Of a stretch of 64,000 nucleotides of DNA, positions 1 through 7,088 are shown one piece after another (within the stretch, counting starts at the first letter, position 1; the number at the start of each line of letters is the position of its first letter). Both the position numbers and the translations under genes were made by a program. The stretch comes from an uncultured Candidatus Saccharibacteria bacterium (GTDB lineage Bacteria > Patescibacteriota > Minisyncoccia > Minisyncoccales > JANBVM01). The stretch covers positions 4,340-68,339 of the forward strand of contig CAZBMQ010000004.1 in the NCBI GenBank assembly GCA_964493485.1, read 5' to 3'. The notes beneath the pieces are model-generated. The model worked only from the letters and a program-made list of their open reading frames with translations, did no database searches and was not told where the DNA came from.

Positions 1-407
1 CTTTCTTTTGCCACATAGGGAGGATTGGCAAAAATAAAATCAAATTTCCTCCTATCTAATTTTTCAAAGAAATTTGATTTATAAATTTTATATCTTTGAT
101 GAGAGATTTTGTTAAGCTTAAGATTAAGTTTTATCTGAGAAATAGCTTTATTATCAATATCAACAAATTCCACAAAGCTGTTTTTAAGATTTTTTAAAAT
201 AGCAATTCCAATACATCCTGAACCAGCAAACATGTCCAAAACCCTTAAACCTCGAACCCCGAACCCCGAATCTCCAACATCCTTTATAGCCTTTCCTACC
301 CAATACTCTGTTTCAATCCTTGGGATAAAAACCTTTTTAGACAAATCAATCTTGCATCCTAAAAACTTTGTATATCCTCTTTTATATTCATTTGGAATAA
401 TGTTCAT
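1..407 (-). CDS. prmC: Release-factor glutamine N5-methyltransferase (PrmC/HemK family), 3' end cut by window edge
   Basis: Not in ORF track because it runs off the edge. Hand translation from ATG at 407: MNIIPNEYKRGYTKFLGCKIDLSKKVFIPRIETEYW...LRVLDMFAGSGCIGIAI...FDFIFANPPYVAKE. It has SAM motif I (DxFxGSG) and the NPPY catalytic motif. Confidence 0.7.
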   Translation of the reverse strand, partial: MNIIPNEYKRGYTKFLGCKIDLSKKVFIPRIETEYWVGKAIKDVGDSGFGVRGLRVLDMFAGSGCIGIAILKNLKNSFVEFVDIDNKAISQIKLNLKLNKISHQRYKIYKSNFFEKLDRRKFDFIFANPPYVAKE

Positions 408-786
408 TTCGTCTCTTTCTTTTTTGTTTTTTAGATTTTTTCTTATTTAAAGACAACAACTTTTCCAACTCCCAAAGAGTGTCTTCAGGAATTGAAGGAG
501 CTTGCCCTTTTGGACTTATCCCAGGATAACGCCAAGCACTGATTATTTTTATCGTTCTTTTCTTCTTAACTATTACCTTCTGATACATCGCCCAAATTTC
601 AGTAGGATGTTTTTTGGTTCCTGTTTTCTGCATTACTGCTATTGTCTGAGGAGCAATGCCAAGCTCTTTTCTGTCTGGATTTCTTAATACTCTTTTCACC
701 CTTTTTTCGGAAAGACTATAATATCTCATTTTTCTTTTTGCATGCCTTGTCCAATACAGTTTTTCATTCTCTTGAATCAACCTCAT
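388..786 (-). CDS. DUF4258-like small protein (toxin-like fold), Lys-rich tail
   Basis: 132-aa ORF. WTRHAKRKMRYYSLSEKRVKRVLRNP resembles the DUF4258 HAxxRMxxRxIs motif. The 3' end overlaps the prmC start by 20 nt. Confidence 0.45.
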   Translation of the reverse strand: MRLIQENEKLYWTRHAKRKMRYYSLSEKRVKRVLRNPDRKELGIAPQTIAVMQKTGTKKHPTEIWAMYQKVIVKKKRTIKIISAWRYPGISPKGQAPSIPEDTLWELEKLLSLNKKKSKKQKRKRRNEHYSK

Positions 787-787
787 T

Positions 788-1306
788 TTAAATCTTTTTC
801 TTGATTAGTTTTTCTAAACTTTTTCTTGAAGTAATATAAGGTGATTCATCAGAAACTCCTACAGGAATTATTGCTATTGGGACTGTTTCAGCCGGCAAAT
901 CCAAAATTTCTCTTAATTCATTCTCCTTAAAAGCTCCAACCCAACAAGAAGAAAGGCCGTATGAAGTAGCGGCTAATTGCAAATAAGAGGCGAAAATTGT
1001 TGCATCTTGAATAGAATATAACTTTCTTCCTTGTTCTCCATATTTAATCTCAGACTCTTTTGTTTCAGCACAAATTACAAACACTACAGGGGCTTGAGCT
1101 ATAAATGTCTGACCCAAAGCGATATCTGAAATCTTTTCTTTTACTGCTCTCTCTTTTACAATAACAACACTCCTTGCCTGTAAATTTCCTGCAGAAGGAG
1201 ACAGATTCGCTAGTTGAAGGATTTTTTGAATTGTTTCTTCGGGTATTTCTTTTTTCTGAAATTTTCTTACAGAGTGCCTTTTTTGTAATACTTGTTCGAA
1301 CTCCAT
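788..1306 (-). CDS. Nitroreductase family protein
   Basis: RHSVRKF...SPSAGNLQ...VFVIC...DATIFASYLQLAATSYGLSSCWVGAF are typical nitroreductase motifs. I prefer the start at MEFEQV (1306), 1 nt after the upstream stop, over the ORF-track start at 1333. Confidence 0.85.
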   Translation of the reverse strand: MEFEQVLQKRHSVRKFQKKEIPEETIQKILQLANLSPSAGNLQARSVVIVKERAVKEKISDIALGQTFIAQAPVVFVICAETKESEIKYGEQGRKLYSIQDATIFASYLQLAATSYGLSSCWVGAFKENELREILDLPAETVPIAIIPVGVSDESPYITSRKSLEKLIKKKI

Positions 1307-1307
1307 A

Positions 1308-2156
1308 TTACTCCAAAAGCATTTCAGCTTCATTAATCAAATCTTCTACCTGGCTTAAAGGAAGTCTGAGTTTTTTAGCAAGATTTTCAGGGGATACATT
1401 CAGAAGGTCTAATGCAAGCATTATTCTCTTTTCAGCAAAAACCTTTTTTAGATATCCTTTAAGCGAAGGTAATATAGTAATAGGATATAATTTAGAGCTT
1501 TCTATTATATTCTCTAGCCCTTGTTTTGGAGGATATTTCCACCCTAAGAGATCCAGACCCATGCACTTGGAATATTTTACAACCTCTGATGTAAATTTGG
1601 TATTGGTTACTATTATAGTTTTGAGATTTAAATTTTTAAAACGAGGCGTTTTTGAAATATCTAAAAACCTGGCATAATTAGCAAGGGCAATTTTTAAATC
1701 CACTCTCTCCCCCGGCATATAATGATATTTACATTCTCCCAAATACACGATATTTTGTTTTTTGGCTAAGAAATCTATCTCATAAGAAGAGGCGCAAAAT
1801 CCAGAAATTATCTGATTCATCTTTACTTCAAATCCATTTCTTGCAAAAATCTCTCCTATGTATTTCTCAAAATCAAAACCAGAAGGACCCAACTTTCTCA
1901 TTGCTTCTTTCAAAGAGGCCCGCATCAAAAGATTTGGAGATGTTTCAGAAAGAAATAGTTTCACCAGTCTAAAAATTTCTGAAGTCTCCATTCCAGGATA
2001 AACCATTTTCTTAATTTTTTCAGCTATCTCTTTTGATAAAGTCTTTGAAGCCCCTGAACGACGACAAGAACGATAGACCTTCTTTAAAGAGAAAGATTCC
2101 TTTTCTCCTCTTGAATTAATTATATATACACGCTTCATTCTTTTATTATAAATCAA
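1308..2156 (-). CDS. ATP-cone domain protein fused to Mrr/PD-(D/E)xK restriction-endonuclease-like domain
   Basis: N-terminus VYIINSRGEKESFSLKKVYRS...EIAEKI is ATP-cone-like. C-terminal YEIDFLAKK...VYLGECKY gives a D...ExK nuclease motif. An alternative start is MKRVY at 2138. Confidence 0.65.
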   Translation of the reverse strand: MIYNKRMKRVYIINSRGEKESFSLKKVYRSCRRSGASKTLSKEIAEKIKKMVYPGMETSEIFRLVKLFLSETSPNLLMRASLKEAMRKLGPSGFDFEKYIGEIFARNGFEVKMNQIISGFCASSYEIDFLAKKQNIVYLGECKYHYMPGERVDLKIALANYARFLDISKTPRFKNLNLKTIIVTNTKFTSEVVKYSKCMGLDLLGWKYPPKQGLENIIESSKLYPITILPSLKGYLKKVFAEKRIMLALDLLNVSPENLAKKLRLPLSQVEDLINEAEMLLE

Positions 2157-2170
2157 AACTAAAAGACTTG

Positions 2171-2202
2171 AAATAAAAAAATAAGGGCAATTATTTTGCC
2201 CT
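2171..2202 (-). terminator. Intrinsic terminator after the 74-aa Zn-ribbon gene
   Basis: Minus strand AGGGCAA-AATAA-TTGCCCT followed by TATTTTTTTATTT. The stem overlaps the stop codon. Confidence 0.6.
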
Positions 2203-2425
2203 ATTCAAAAATTAATATCTCTGTTTTGGGTTTAAAGGATACTCCTATCTTCGGAGAATCCTCTTTTCTAGAATGTGATACCGGAGACCAGGATTTCTCT
2301 CCTGCTCTCTCAGACTCTAAGAGTCTTCCCGCAAGAAAAAATTTCTTGCATTTAGGACAGAAAACCATGCCTCCGGCAAAGGGAATTAAGGTTGACTTAC
2401 ATTCCGGACACTCCATATTTCTCAT
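2201..2425 (-). CDS. Zn-ribbon mini-protein with long tail ending in Glu (...TEILIFE)
   Basis: 74-aa ORF with CPECK...CPKCK (two CxxC). SD GAGGTGA lies upstream; the true start may be the second Met (MECPEC). Confidence 0.5.
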   Translation of the reverse strand: MRNMECPECKSTLIPFAGGMVFCPKCKKFFLAGRLLESERAGEKSWSPVSHSRKEDSPKIGVSFKPKTEILIFE

Positions 2426-2512
2426 TCACCTCTCTTTTTTTAATTTTAAGAACTAAACAATAAATATTAAAAAGGAAAAATATAAAAAGAAAAATTTATT
2501 TAAATTATTTAC

Positions 2513-2671
2513 TCAAAATATACTATTTTCTTCAGAGTATTTCTCGCCACAATTTCTACAAACACAAGAATTGTGTTTATCAAAAATTTCATTTATTTCT
2601 CCACATTCTGGACAGACTGTTATACACCACTCATAATTTCGATCTGCAATATTTAAATTTATAACGTTCAT
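2513..2671 (-). CDS. Zn-ribbon mini-protein (52 aa), below ORF-track cutoff
   Basis: Hand translation: MNVINLNIADRNYEWCITVCPECGEINEIFDKHNSCVCRNCGEKYSEENSIF. It has CPECG...CRNCG, and a strong SD AAAGAGGAG lies 5 nt upstream of the ATG. It is the first gene after attenuator unit 1. Confidence 0.55.
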   Translation of the reverse strand: MNVINLNIADRNYEWCITVCPECGEINEIFDKHNSCVCRNCGEKYSEENSIF

Positions 2672-2754
2672 TTCAACTCCTCTTTTTCTTTTTAAAGAAC
2701 TTTCAGACCTTTTGGCCTGAAAATTATTTATTTTTAAAACAAACAGTTTTCAAG

Positions 2755-2792
2755 CCAAAAAGGAAAACCTCCCAGTCTTGCTGGGAGGTTTG
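2755..2792 (-). terminator. Attenuator terminator, unit 1 (seg3:seg4)
   Basis: Minus strand AAACCUCCCAG-CAAGA-CUGGGAGGUUU followed by UCCUUUUUGG. The stem is a perfect 11 bp. Confidence 0.75.
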
Positions 2793-2827
2793 ATAATTTT
2801 TCTATTTATTAATTTTTTTCTATTTTT

Positions 2828-2965
2828 CTACACTACAAGTATATATTTATATCTCAAACCTCCCAGCCTTTCTAGGACAATAATTAGAATTACAAAAATA
2901 AACTCTACGACTGAGAGGTTTAAATTTAATCTATTATTTAACTTTTTCAAAGTTAAACTTGACAT
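2828..2965 (-). CDS. Putative attenuator leader peptide, Val/Ile-rich (45 aa)
   Basis: Hand translation: MSSLTLKKLNNRLNLNLSVVEFIFVILIIVLERLGGLRYKYILVV*. It contains seg1 (2911-2921) and seg2 (2856-2866) of the repeated pairing element, bracketing 4 Val + 4 Ile codons. Confidence 0.5.
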   Translation of the reverse strand: MSSLTLKKLNNRLNLNLSVVEFIFVILIIVLERLGGLRYKYILVV

Positions 2966-3011
2966 TTTATATTATCCTGCCAAAACCAAGAAGATTTGTC
3001 AATAAAATCTT

Positions 3012-3044
3012 CCCCAAAATAATCTGCGGAGGACGGACCTCCGC
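3012..3044 (-). terminator. Terminator after M20 peptidase gene
   Basis: Minus strand GCGGAGG-UCCGU-CCUCCGC followed by AGAUUAUUUU. This is a GC-rich 7-bp stem in AT-rich context. Confidence 0.6.
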
Positions 3045-3061
3045 AAACTACCAAAGTTGGG

Positions 3062-4147
3062 TTATTTTGACACCCTTGTCACAAATTCTTTTAAGACTAA
3101 ATAAAATCTATCTAAGTCTTTTAAATCAATCCATTCCTTTTCGCTATGCTGACCTCCTCCTTTAGGTTTTATCAACAAAACTGGAATTTTCTTTTTTACA
3201 AAAAAACGCGCATCAGAAGAGCCGTGAGAAATTACAAAAGAAGTTTTAATTTTGAATCTTTTTAAAGCAATTTGCGAAAAGGTCTGAATATAAGGATTAT
3301 CAGGATTTATTTTGAAATTATCTCCAAAAACAATTTCTTTGATTTTGATGTCTTTAAAATTCTTCTTTACTGAATTCAAAAGTTTTTTTAGATGAGATTT
3401 ATTTGTTTTAGAAGTAAACCTAATATCAATCCAGGCAAAGGCAGAATCAGGAATCTTGTTAATAGCTATTCCTCCTTGAATCTTCCCAATATTAAGTGTT
3501 TCATGATAATGATTTTTAATATGACAGGGTTCCCTTGGAAACTCTTTTCTTAATACATTCAAAAAACTTATCAGATTTTCTATAGCATTCTTTCCTAACC
3601 AAGGTCTTGAGCCGTGAGCAGATTTACCTTTACTTTCAATCAATAAGTGCCATACTCCTTTAGCTTCTTTTTCAAACTTCCACTCTCCCCCTCCGTCAGG
3701 CAAAAAACATACTTTAGATTTAAAACCTTTATCCAACAAAAACTTTACTCCATTAAAACCCCCTATTTCTTCATCTGTGGTTATCATTATACCAAAATTA
3801 TATTTTGATAAATCTTTATTTAACTCTTTTAATAACTTCAAATAACAGGCAATAGCAAACTTCATATCATAAGCCCCTCTGCCGTATAAACGGTTTTTAA
3901 CTATCCTTGGCTTAAAAACCTTTTCAGGTCCCTCAACCACATCCAAATGCGCCTGCAACAAAATAATTGGTTTTTTAGTTTTTTGAGTGGTAATCACCAA
4001 AGAAGAGAAGCCGTTTGATTTAAAATCTTTAATATAAACAGGCAAATCCTTAATTTGCGTTTTTATCCACCCCAAAGCTTTTTCATTTTCTTTATGATTT
4101 TTGGTTATTGTTTTAAAAGAAATAAGTTTTTTCAATATCTTTAACAT
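3062..4147 (-). CDS. M20 family metallopeptidase (ArgE/DapE/ACY1/CPG2/LysK-type)
   Basis: LQAHLDVV, GRGAYDMK, TTDEEIGG and GKSAHGSRPWLGKNAI are the metal-ligand and catalytic motifs of M20 deacylases/carboxypeptidases. Confidence 0.85.
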   Translation of the reverse strand: MLKILKKLISFKTITKNHKENEKALGWIKTQIKDLPVYIKDFKSNGFSSLVITTQKTKKPIILLQAHLDVVEGPEKVFKPRIVKNRLYGRGAYDMKFAIACYLKLLKELNKDLSKYNFGIMITTDEEIGGFNGVKFLLDKGFKSKVCFLPDGGGEWKFEKEAKGVWHLLIESKGKSAHGSRPWLGKNAIENLISFLNVLRKEFPREPCHIKNHYHETLNIGKIQGGIAINKIPDSAFAWIDIRFTSKTNKSHLKKLLNSVKKNFKDIKIKEIVFGDNFKINPDNPYIQTFSQIALKRFKIKTSFVISHGSSDARFFVKKKIPVLLIKPKGGGQHSEKEWIDLKDLDRFYLVLKEFVTRVSK

Positions 4148-4160
4148 TATTAGGATTATA
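4148..4160 (-). promoter_or_regulatory. -10-like TATAAT 7 nt upstream of the M20 ATG (leaderless-type start?)
   Basis: Minus strand ...TATATTATAATCCTAATAATG has no SD. The predicted TSS falls at or near the A of the ATG. Confidence 0.35.
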
Positions 4161-4163
4161 ATA

Positions 4164-4190
4164 TAAAAAAAGAGGAGATAAAATATCTCC
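4164..4190 (-). terminator. Terminator after ATP-grasp paralog A
   Basis: Minus strand GGAGAUA-UUU-UAUCUCC followed by UCUUUUUUU. Confidence 0.65.
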
Positions 4191-4204
4191 TTTAATAATT
4201 TAAT

Positions 4205-5329
4205 TTATTCTTCCTCAATCAAAGTTCCAGCAAAACCAGCTCCCTGGGTAACATTAATAACACCTCTATTCCAGTAGGTCTTCCACTTATCAATTCTAGA
4301 AATCGTGTATAAGTACTTCAAATCTCTACCTCGTGCCCAAAAAGCAACATTAATATCTAGTGCATAACTATCGAAAGGAAGTTTTATTTTGGGTAACCAT
4401 TTTGCCTCAAATAATCCATATCCTCCTCTCAGCAAAGCTTTTCTTAAATTATTCTCCCAATCTTTATGGGTCATCAATCTTCCTATGTAGACATCTGCGC
4501 CAGAGCTCCCCAGAAACCTTTTTAAAACCCATTTATCTTTTTCCCTGAGGCCAAAACTAACCTTTTCTTCAGTATCCAAAACTATTACCTTCCCGGCTAA
4601 CTCAATATTAGATAGCAAAGATTTGTCTGAGATAAAACCATTAGAAGGAATAGTATTGAATACCAAATTTCTTGGATAATTCTTAATGTGCTCCATAAAT
4701 TCATAACTGAACTCAGAAGGACCTCTGGTGTTCCTGTAATCTCCATAAAGATATACTGCCTTCTCTTTTCCTATTAAACCTTCTTTAATAAACTTAGTTT
4801 CAGTTACCACTGAAAATTTCAATCCAGATTCACTTAGTTCTCTAAAGAATATTTCTCCCCATTGGGTTTTAACAAACCCATTTCCTTTAACAATTATGAT
4901 TTCTTCATTTCCATATGTTTCTTTTACAGCTTTAACAAATCTTTCAGTGGCTATGGGCTGGAGTTTCTTCAAAATTGGCTTTGCATTGTGAAGCACAGAA
5001 ACCGCTGTATGGCATTCTGGACTTCTGTCATTGATTTCATAAATTCCTGTAATCTCTATGTTACCCAAATCATATCCTTTTTTACCTTCCCATTCTATCT
5101 TCTTGGGAATACTCGAAAAACTAGGAACCAAATCATATCTAATAAGCCCTGTAAAATCAGGACATATATAAATTAGTGTTTTCCATATTTTCTTGCAAAT
5201 CTCTGTTAATTCCCTTCTTTCTTTTTCTGTAATGATTAAAAGCCCATTTATAGCCCCAATTTTTTTCTCACCTAACATAAAAGGAGAGCTGGTATCTAAA
5301 AATGGCTGACCAAACAATACAATTTTCAT
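4205..5329 (-). CDS. ATP-grasp-type ligase-like protein, paralog A (GSP-synthase / circularly-permuted ATP-grasp-like; family tentative)
   Basis: 374 aa. It aligns end to end with the ORFs at 5599.. and 7089... Shared motifs are GLIRxDLVP...IYExNxRSPEC, VLKxFLGSSGxDxYxGR and LDINxxFW...GVINVxxGxGFxGTLI. SD AAAGGTGA lies 6 nt upstream. Confidence 0.7.
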   Translation of the reverse strand: MKIVLFGQPFLDTSSPFMLGEKKIGAINGLLIITEKERRELTEICKKIWKTLIYICPDFTGLIRYDLVPSFSSIPKKIEWEGKKGYDLGNIEITGIYEINDRSPECHTAVSVLHNAKPILKKLQPIATERFVKAVKETYGNEEIIIVKGNGFVKTQWGEIFFRELSESGLKFSVVTETKFIKEGLIGKEKAVYLYGDYRNTRGPSEFSYEFMEHIKNYPRNLVFNTIPSNGFISDKSLLSNIELAGKVIVLDTEEKVSFGLREKDKWVLKRFLGSSGADVYIGRLMTHKDWENNLRKALLRGGYGLFEAKWLPKIKLPFDSYALDINVAFWARGRDLKYLYTISRIDKWKTYWNRGVINVTQGAGFAGTLIEEE

Positions 5330-5360
5330 CCATTTTCACCTTTTAACGTTCTATATAAAT

Positions 5361-5396
5361 GAAAAAGAAAATCTCCCAGCTGTGCTGGGAGATTAA
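5361..5396 (-). terminator. Attenuator terminator, unit 2 (seg3:seg4)
   Basis: Minus strand AAUCUCCCAGC-ACA-GCUGGGAGAUU followed by UUCUUUUUC. The stem is a perfect 11 bp. Confidence 0.8.
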
Positions 5397-5419
5397 TCTT
5401 TTAAATTGTTCCTATTTTA

Positions 5420-5503
5420 TTATTTTTTAAATTCAAAATCTCCCAGCTCTGCAGGGTCAATAATATTTATGACAATAATAGCTAGGAGTTTTAAATTGCT
5501 CAT
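5420..5503 (-). CDS. Putative attenuator leader peptide, Ile-rich (27 aa)
   Basis: Hand translation: MSNLKLLAIIVINIIDPAELGDFEFKK*. There are 5 Ile in 7 codons (ATT ATT GTC ATA AAT ATT ATT) between seg1 (5481-5492, degenerate) and seg2 (5435-5447). Confidence 0.55.
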   Translation of the reverse strand: MSNLKLLAIIVINIIDPAELGDFEFKK

Positions 5504-5516
5504 AATTGATTTATTC

Positions 5517-5545
5517 AAAATAACAAACTAAAAAAGGGGTGTCAA
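5517..5545 (-). promoter_or_regulatory. Sigma70-type promoter of unit 2
   Basis: Minus strand TTGACA-17 nt-TATTTT, with TG one base upstream of the -10 (extended -10). It sits 13 nt upstream of the leader ATG. Confidence 0.55.
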
Positions 5546-5570
5546 GAAATTCTGTGTGGAAAAACAAATT

Positions 5571-5598
5571 AAAAAATGGAGATATATTTTATATCTCC
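5571..5598 (-). terminator. Terminator after ATP-grasp paralog B
   Basis: Minus strand GGAGAUAUA-AAAU-AUAUCUCC followed by AUUUUUU, immediately after the stop codon. Confidence 0.7.
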
Positions 5599-6783
5599 TT
5601 ATAAAAGATTTAATACATTCTTTAGAGCATTATTTAAATAGTCTATCAATGTTCCAATAAAACCTCCTCCTTTTGCGACATTAATAACTCCTTGTTTCCA
5701 ATATCTATTCCACTCGTCAATTCTCGAAATGGTATATAGATACTCCAAGCAATCTCCCTCTGCCCAAAAAGTAGGATTAATGTCAATTGCGTATTCTCCA
5801 AATGGTGGAAGTTTTAATTTTGGAAGCCAGCACGCCTCAAAAAGTCCGTATTTTCCTTCTCCTAAATAGCAATAACTTTCAAGAATCTCTTTCCACTCTT
5901 GAGACGAAAATAATCGTCCCATAAAAATATCTCCCCCAGAACTGCCAAGAAATGGCTTCAAAACAAGATTGTTTTGCTTCTCTAAACCAAATTTTATTGC
6001 TTTTGAATTTAGAACCCGATTGTCTCCCACCAAATTATCCCAGTAAAAAATTCCTTTAGGAAATAATAATCTTTTATCAGAAATATACCCATGTTCATTC
6101 GGTAAACTATTAAAAATCTTTTCTCTTGGATAATTCTTAATGTATTCCATAAATTGTTCAGTGAATTCAGCCGGTCCCTCTTTCCTGTAATCTCCAAACA
6201 AATAAATGGTTTTATTTTTTGAATCAATTATAAACTCCTCTGGAGAAATAACTTCAAGATTTATCCCACATCTTTTTAGGTCTTCAAAGAAGATGTCTCC
6301 CCAGTTGTCCTTCAAAAATCCTTTCCCTCTTATTAAAGTAATATTTTCTCCAAATTTCTTCTTTAATTTTTGTGCAAAACGGCAAGCTGCAGACGGCTGA
6401 AACCCTGCAAGATCTTCTCTGGCAGAATGAAGAGCCGACACTCCAACTCCGCATTCTGGAGACCGGTCGTTAAGTTCATAAATTTTTGCAATATCTAACT
6501 TTCCCAAATCATATATTGTAATTCCTCCTTTTTTAACTATTTTCAATGTACTATTGAATTTTGGAACCAAATCAAATCTAACCAATCCTTTGTAGCTATA
6601 TTTAAATGGGTCATTCCAGAACCTCATTAACATCTTCCAAATATAACGGCTAACATTAATAATTTCCTCTAACTCTCTGTTGTCTAACAGAAATAATGCA
6701 TTGGTCGTTCCAATCTTTAGCTCTCCGAGCTTTAAAAAATTCTGCTCTAAAAAATTATCTTGGTTTAATAATACAATTCTTAT
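5599..6783 (-). CDS. ATP-grasp-type ligase-like protein, paralog B (N-terminus extended to an ATA codon)
   Basis: The ORF-track start (6633, MLMRFW) removes ~50 aa that align with paralogs A and C. The in-frame extension reads IRIVLLNQDNFLEQNFLKLGELKIGTTNALFLLDNRELEEIINVSRYIWK. Codon 6783-6781 is ATA exactly where paralog A has ATG, with the same SD (AAGAGGTGA) 6 nt upstream. In-frame stops lie at 6787-6792. Confidence 0.6.
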   Translation of the reverse strand: MRIVLLNQDNFLEQNFLKLGELKIGTTNALFLLDNRELEEIINVSRYIWKMLMRFWNDPFKYSYKGLVRFDLVPKFNSTLKIVKKGGITIYDLGKLDIAKIYELNDRSPECGVGVSALHSAREDLAGFQPSAACRFAQKLKKKFGENITLIRGKGFLKDNWGDIFFEDLKRCGINLEVISPEEFIIDSKNKTIYLFGDYRKEGPAEFTEQFMEYIKNYPREKIFNSLPNEHGYISDKRLLFPKGIFYWDNLVGDNRVLNSKAIKFGLEKQNNLVLKPFLGSSGGDIFMGRLFSSQEWKEILESYCYLGEGKYGLFEACWLPKLKLPPFGEYAIDINPTFWAEGDCLEYLYTISRIDEWNRYWKQGVINVAKGGGFIGTLIDYLNNALKNVLNLL

Positions 6784-6811
6784 TTCTTATCACCTCTTAA
6801 TTTTAAAAGAA

Positions 6812-6849
6812 CTAATAAACAAAATCTCCCAGCTGTGCTGGGAGATTAA
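6812..6849 (-). terminator. Attenuator terminator, unit 3 (seg3:seg4)
   Basis: Minus strand AAUCUCCCAGC-ACA-GCUGGGAGAUU followed by UUGUUUAUU. The stem is a perfect 11 bp. Confidence 0.8.
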
Positions 6850-6873
6850 TCTTAAATATTTATAAAATGGTTT

Positions 6874-7008
6874 CTAAAATATTCTATTGTGTGTCAACTT
6901 CAAATCTCCCAGCCAAGCAGGGTCTAAAACTAGCAATAGCAATAAATCCAACTTAGTTGGGAGATTATCAAAACAAATATTTAACTCTTTTTCTTCTAAA
7001 AATGACAT
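6874..7008 (-). CDS. Putative attenuator leader peptide, Leu-rich (44 aa)
   Basis: Codon-by-codon hand translation: MSFLEEKELNICFDNLPTKLDLLLLLVLDPAWLGDLKLTHNRIF*. There are 7 Leu in 10 codons between seg1 (6956-6966) and seg2 (6902-6913). Confidence 0.55.
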   Translation of the reverse strand: MSFLEEKELNICFDNLPTKLDLLLLLVLDPAWLGDLKLTHNRIF

Positions 7009-7024
7009 AAAAAGATATTTTTTA

Positions 7025-7053
7025 AAAATAACAAACTGAAAAAATAATGTCAA
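7025..7053 (-). promoter_or_regulatory. Sigma70-type promoter of unit 3
   Basis: Minus strand TTGACA-17 nt-TATTTT with a TG extended -10. It sits 16 nt upstream of the leader ATG. Confidence 0.55.
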
Positions 7054-7059
7054 GCTTTT

Positions 7060-7086
7060 TAAAAAAAAGAGGGAGTAGAACTCCCT
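7060..7086 (-). terminator. Terminator after ATP-grasp paralog C
   Basis: Minus strand AGGGAGU-UCU-ACUCCCU followed by CUUUUUUUU. Confidence 0.7.
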
Positions 7087-7088
7087 TA

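Noticed and set aside
1174-1677. Long plus-strand ORFs lie antisense to minus-strand genes. Examples are 1174..1677, 4862..5176, 24493..24975, 46141..46488, 48364..48933, 53415..53810, 53855..54163 and 61775..62113.
   Set aside because: They are shadow frames of well-supported minus-strand genes. Their low-complexity Ser/Phe/Leu/Ile-rich translations have no motifs and no SD sequences.
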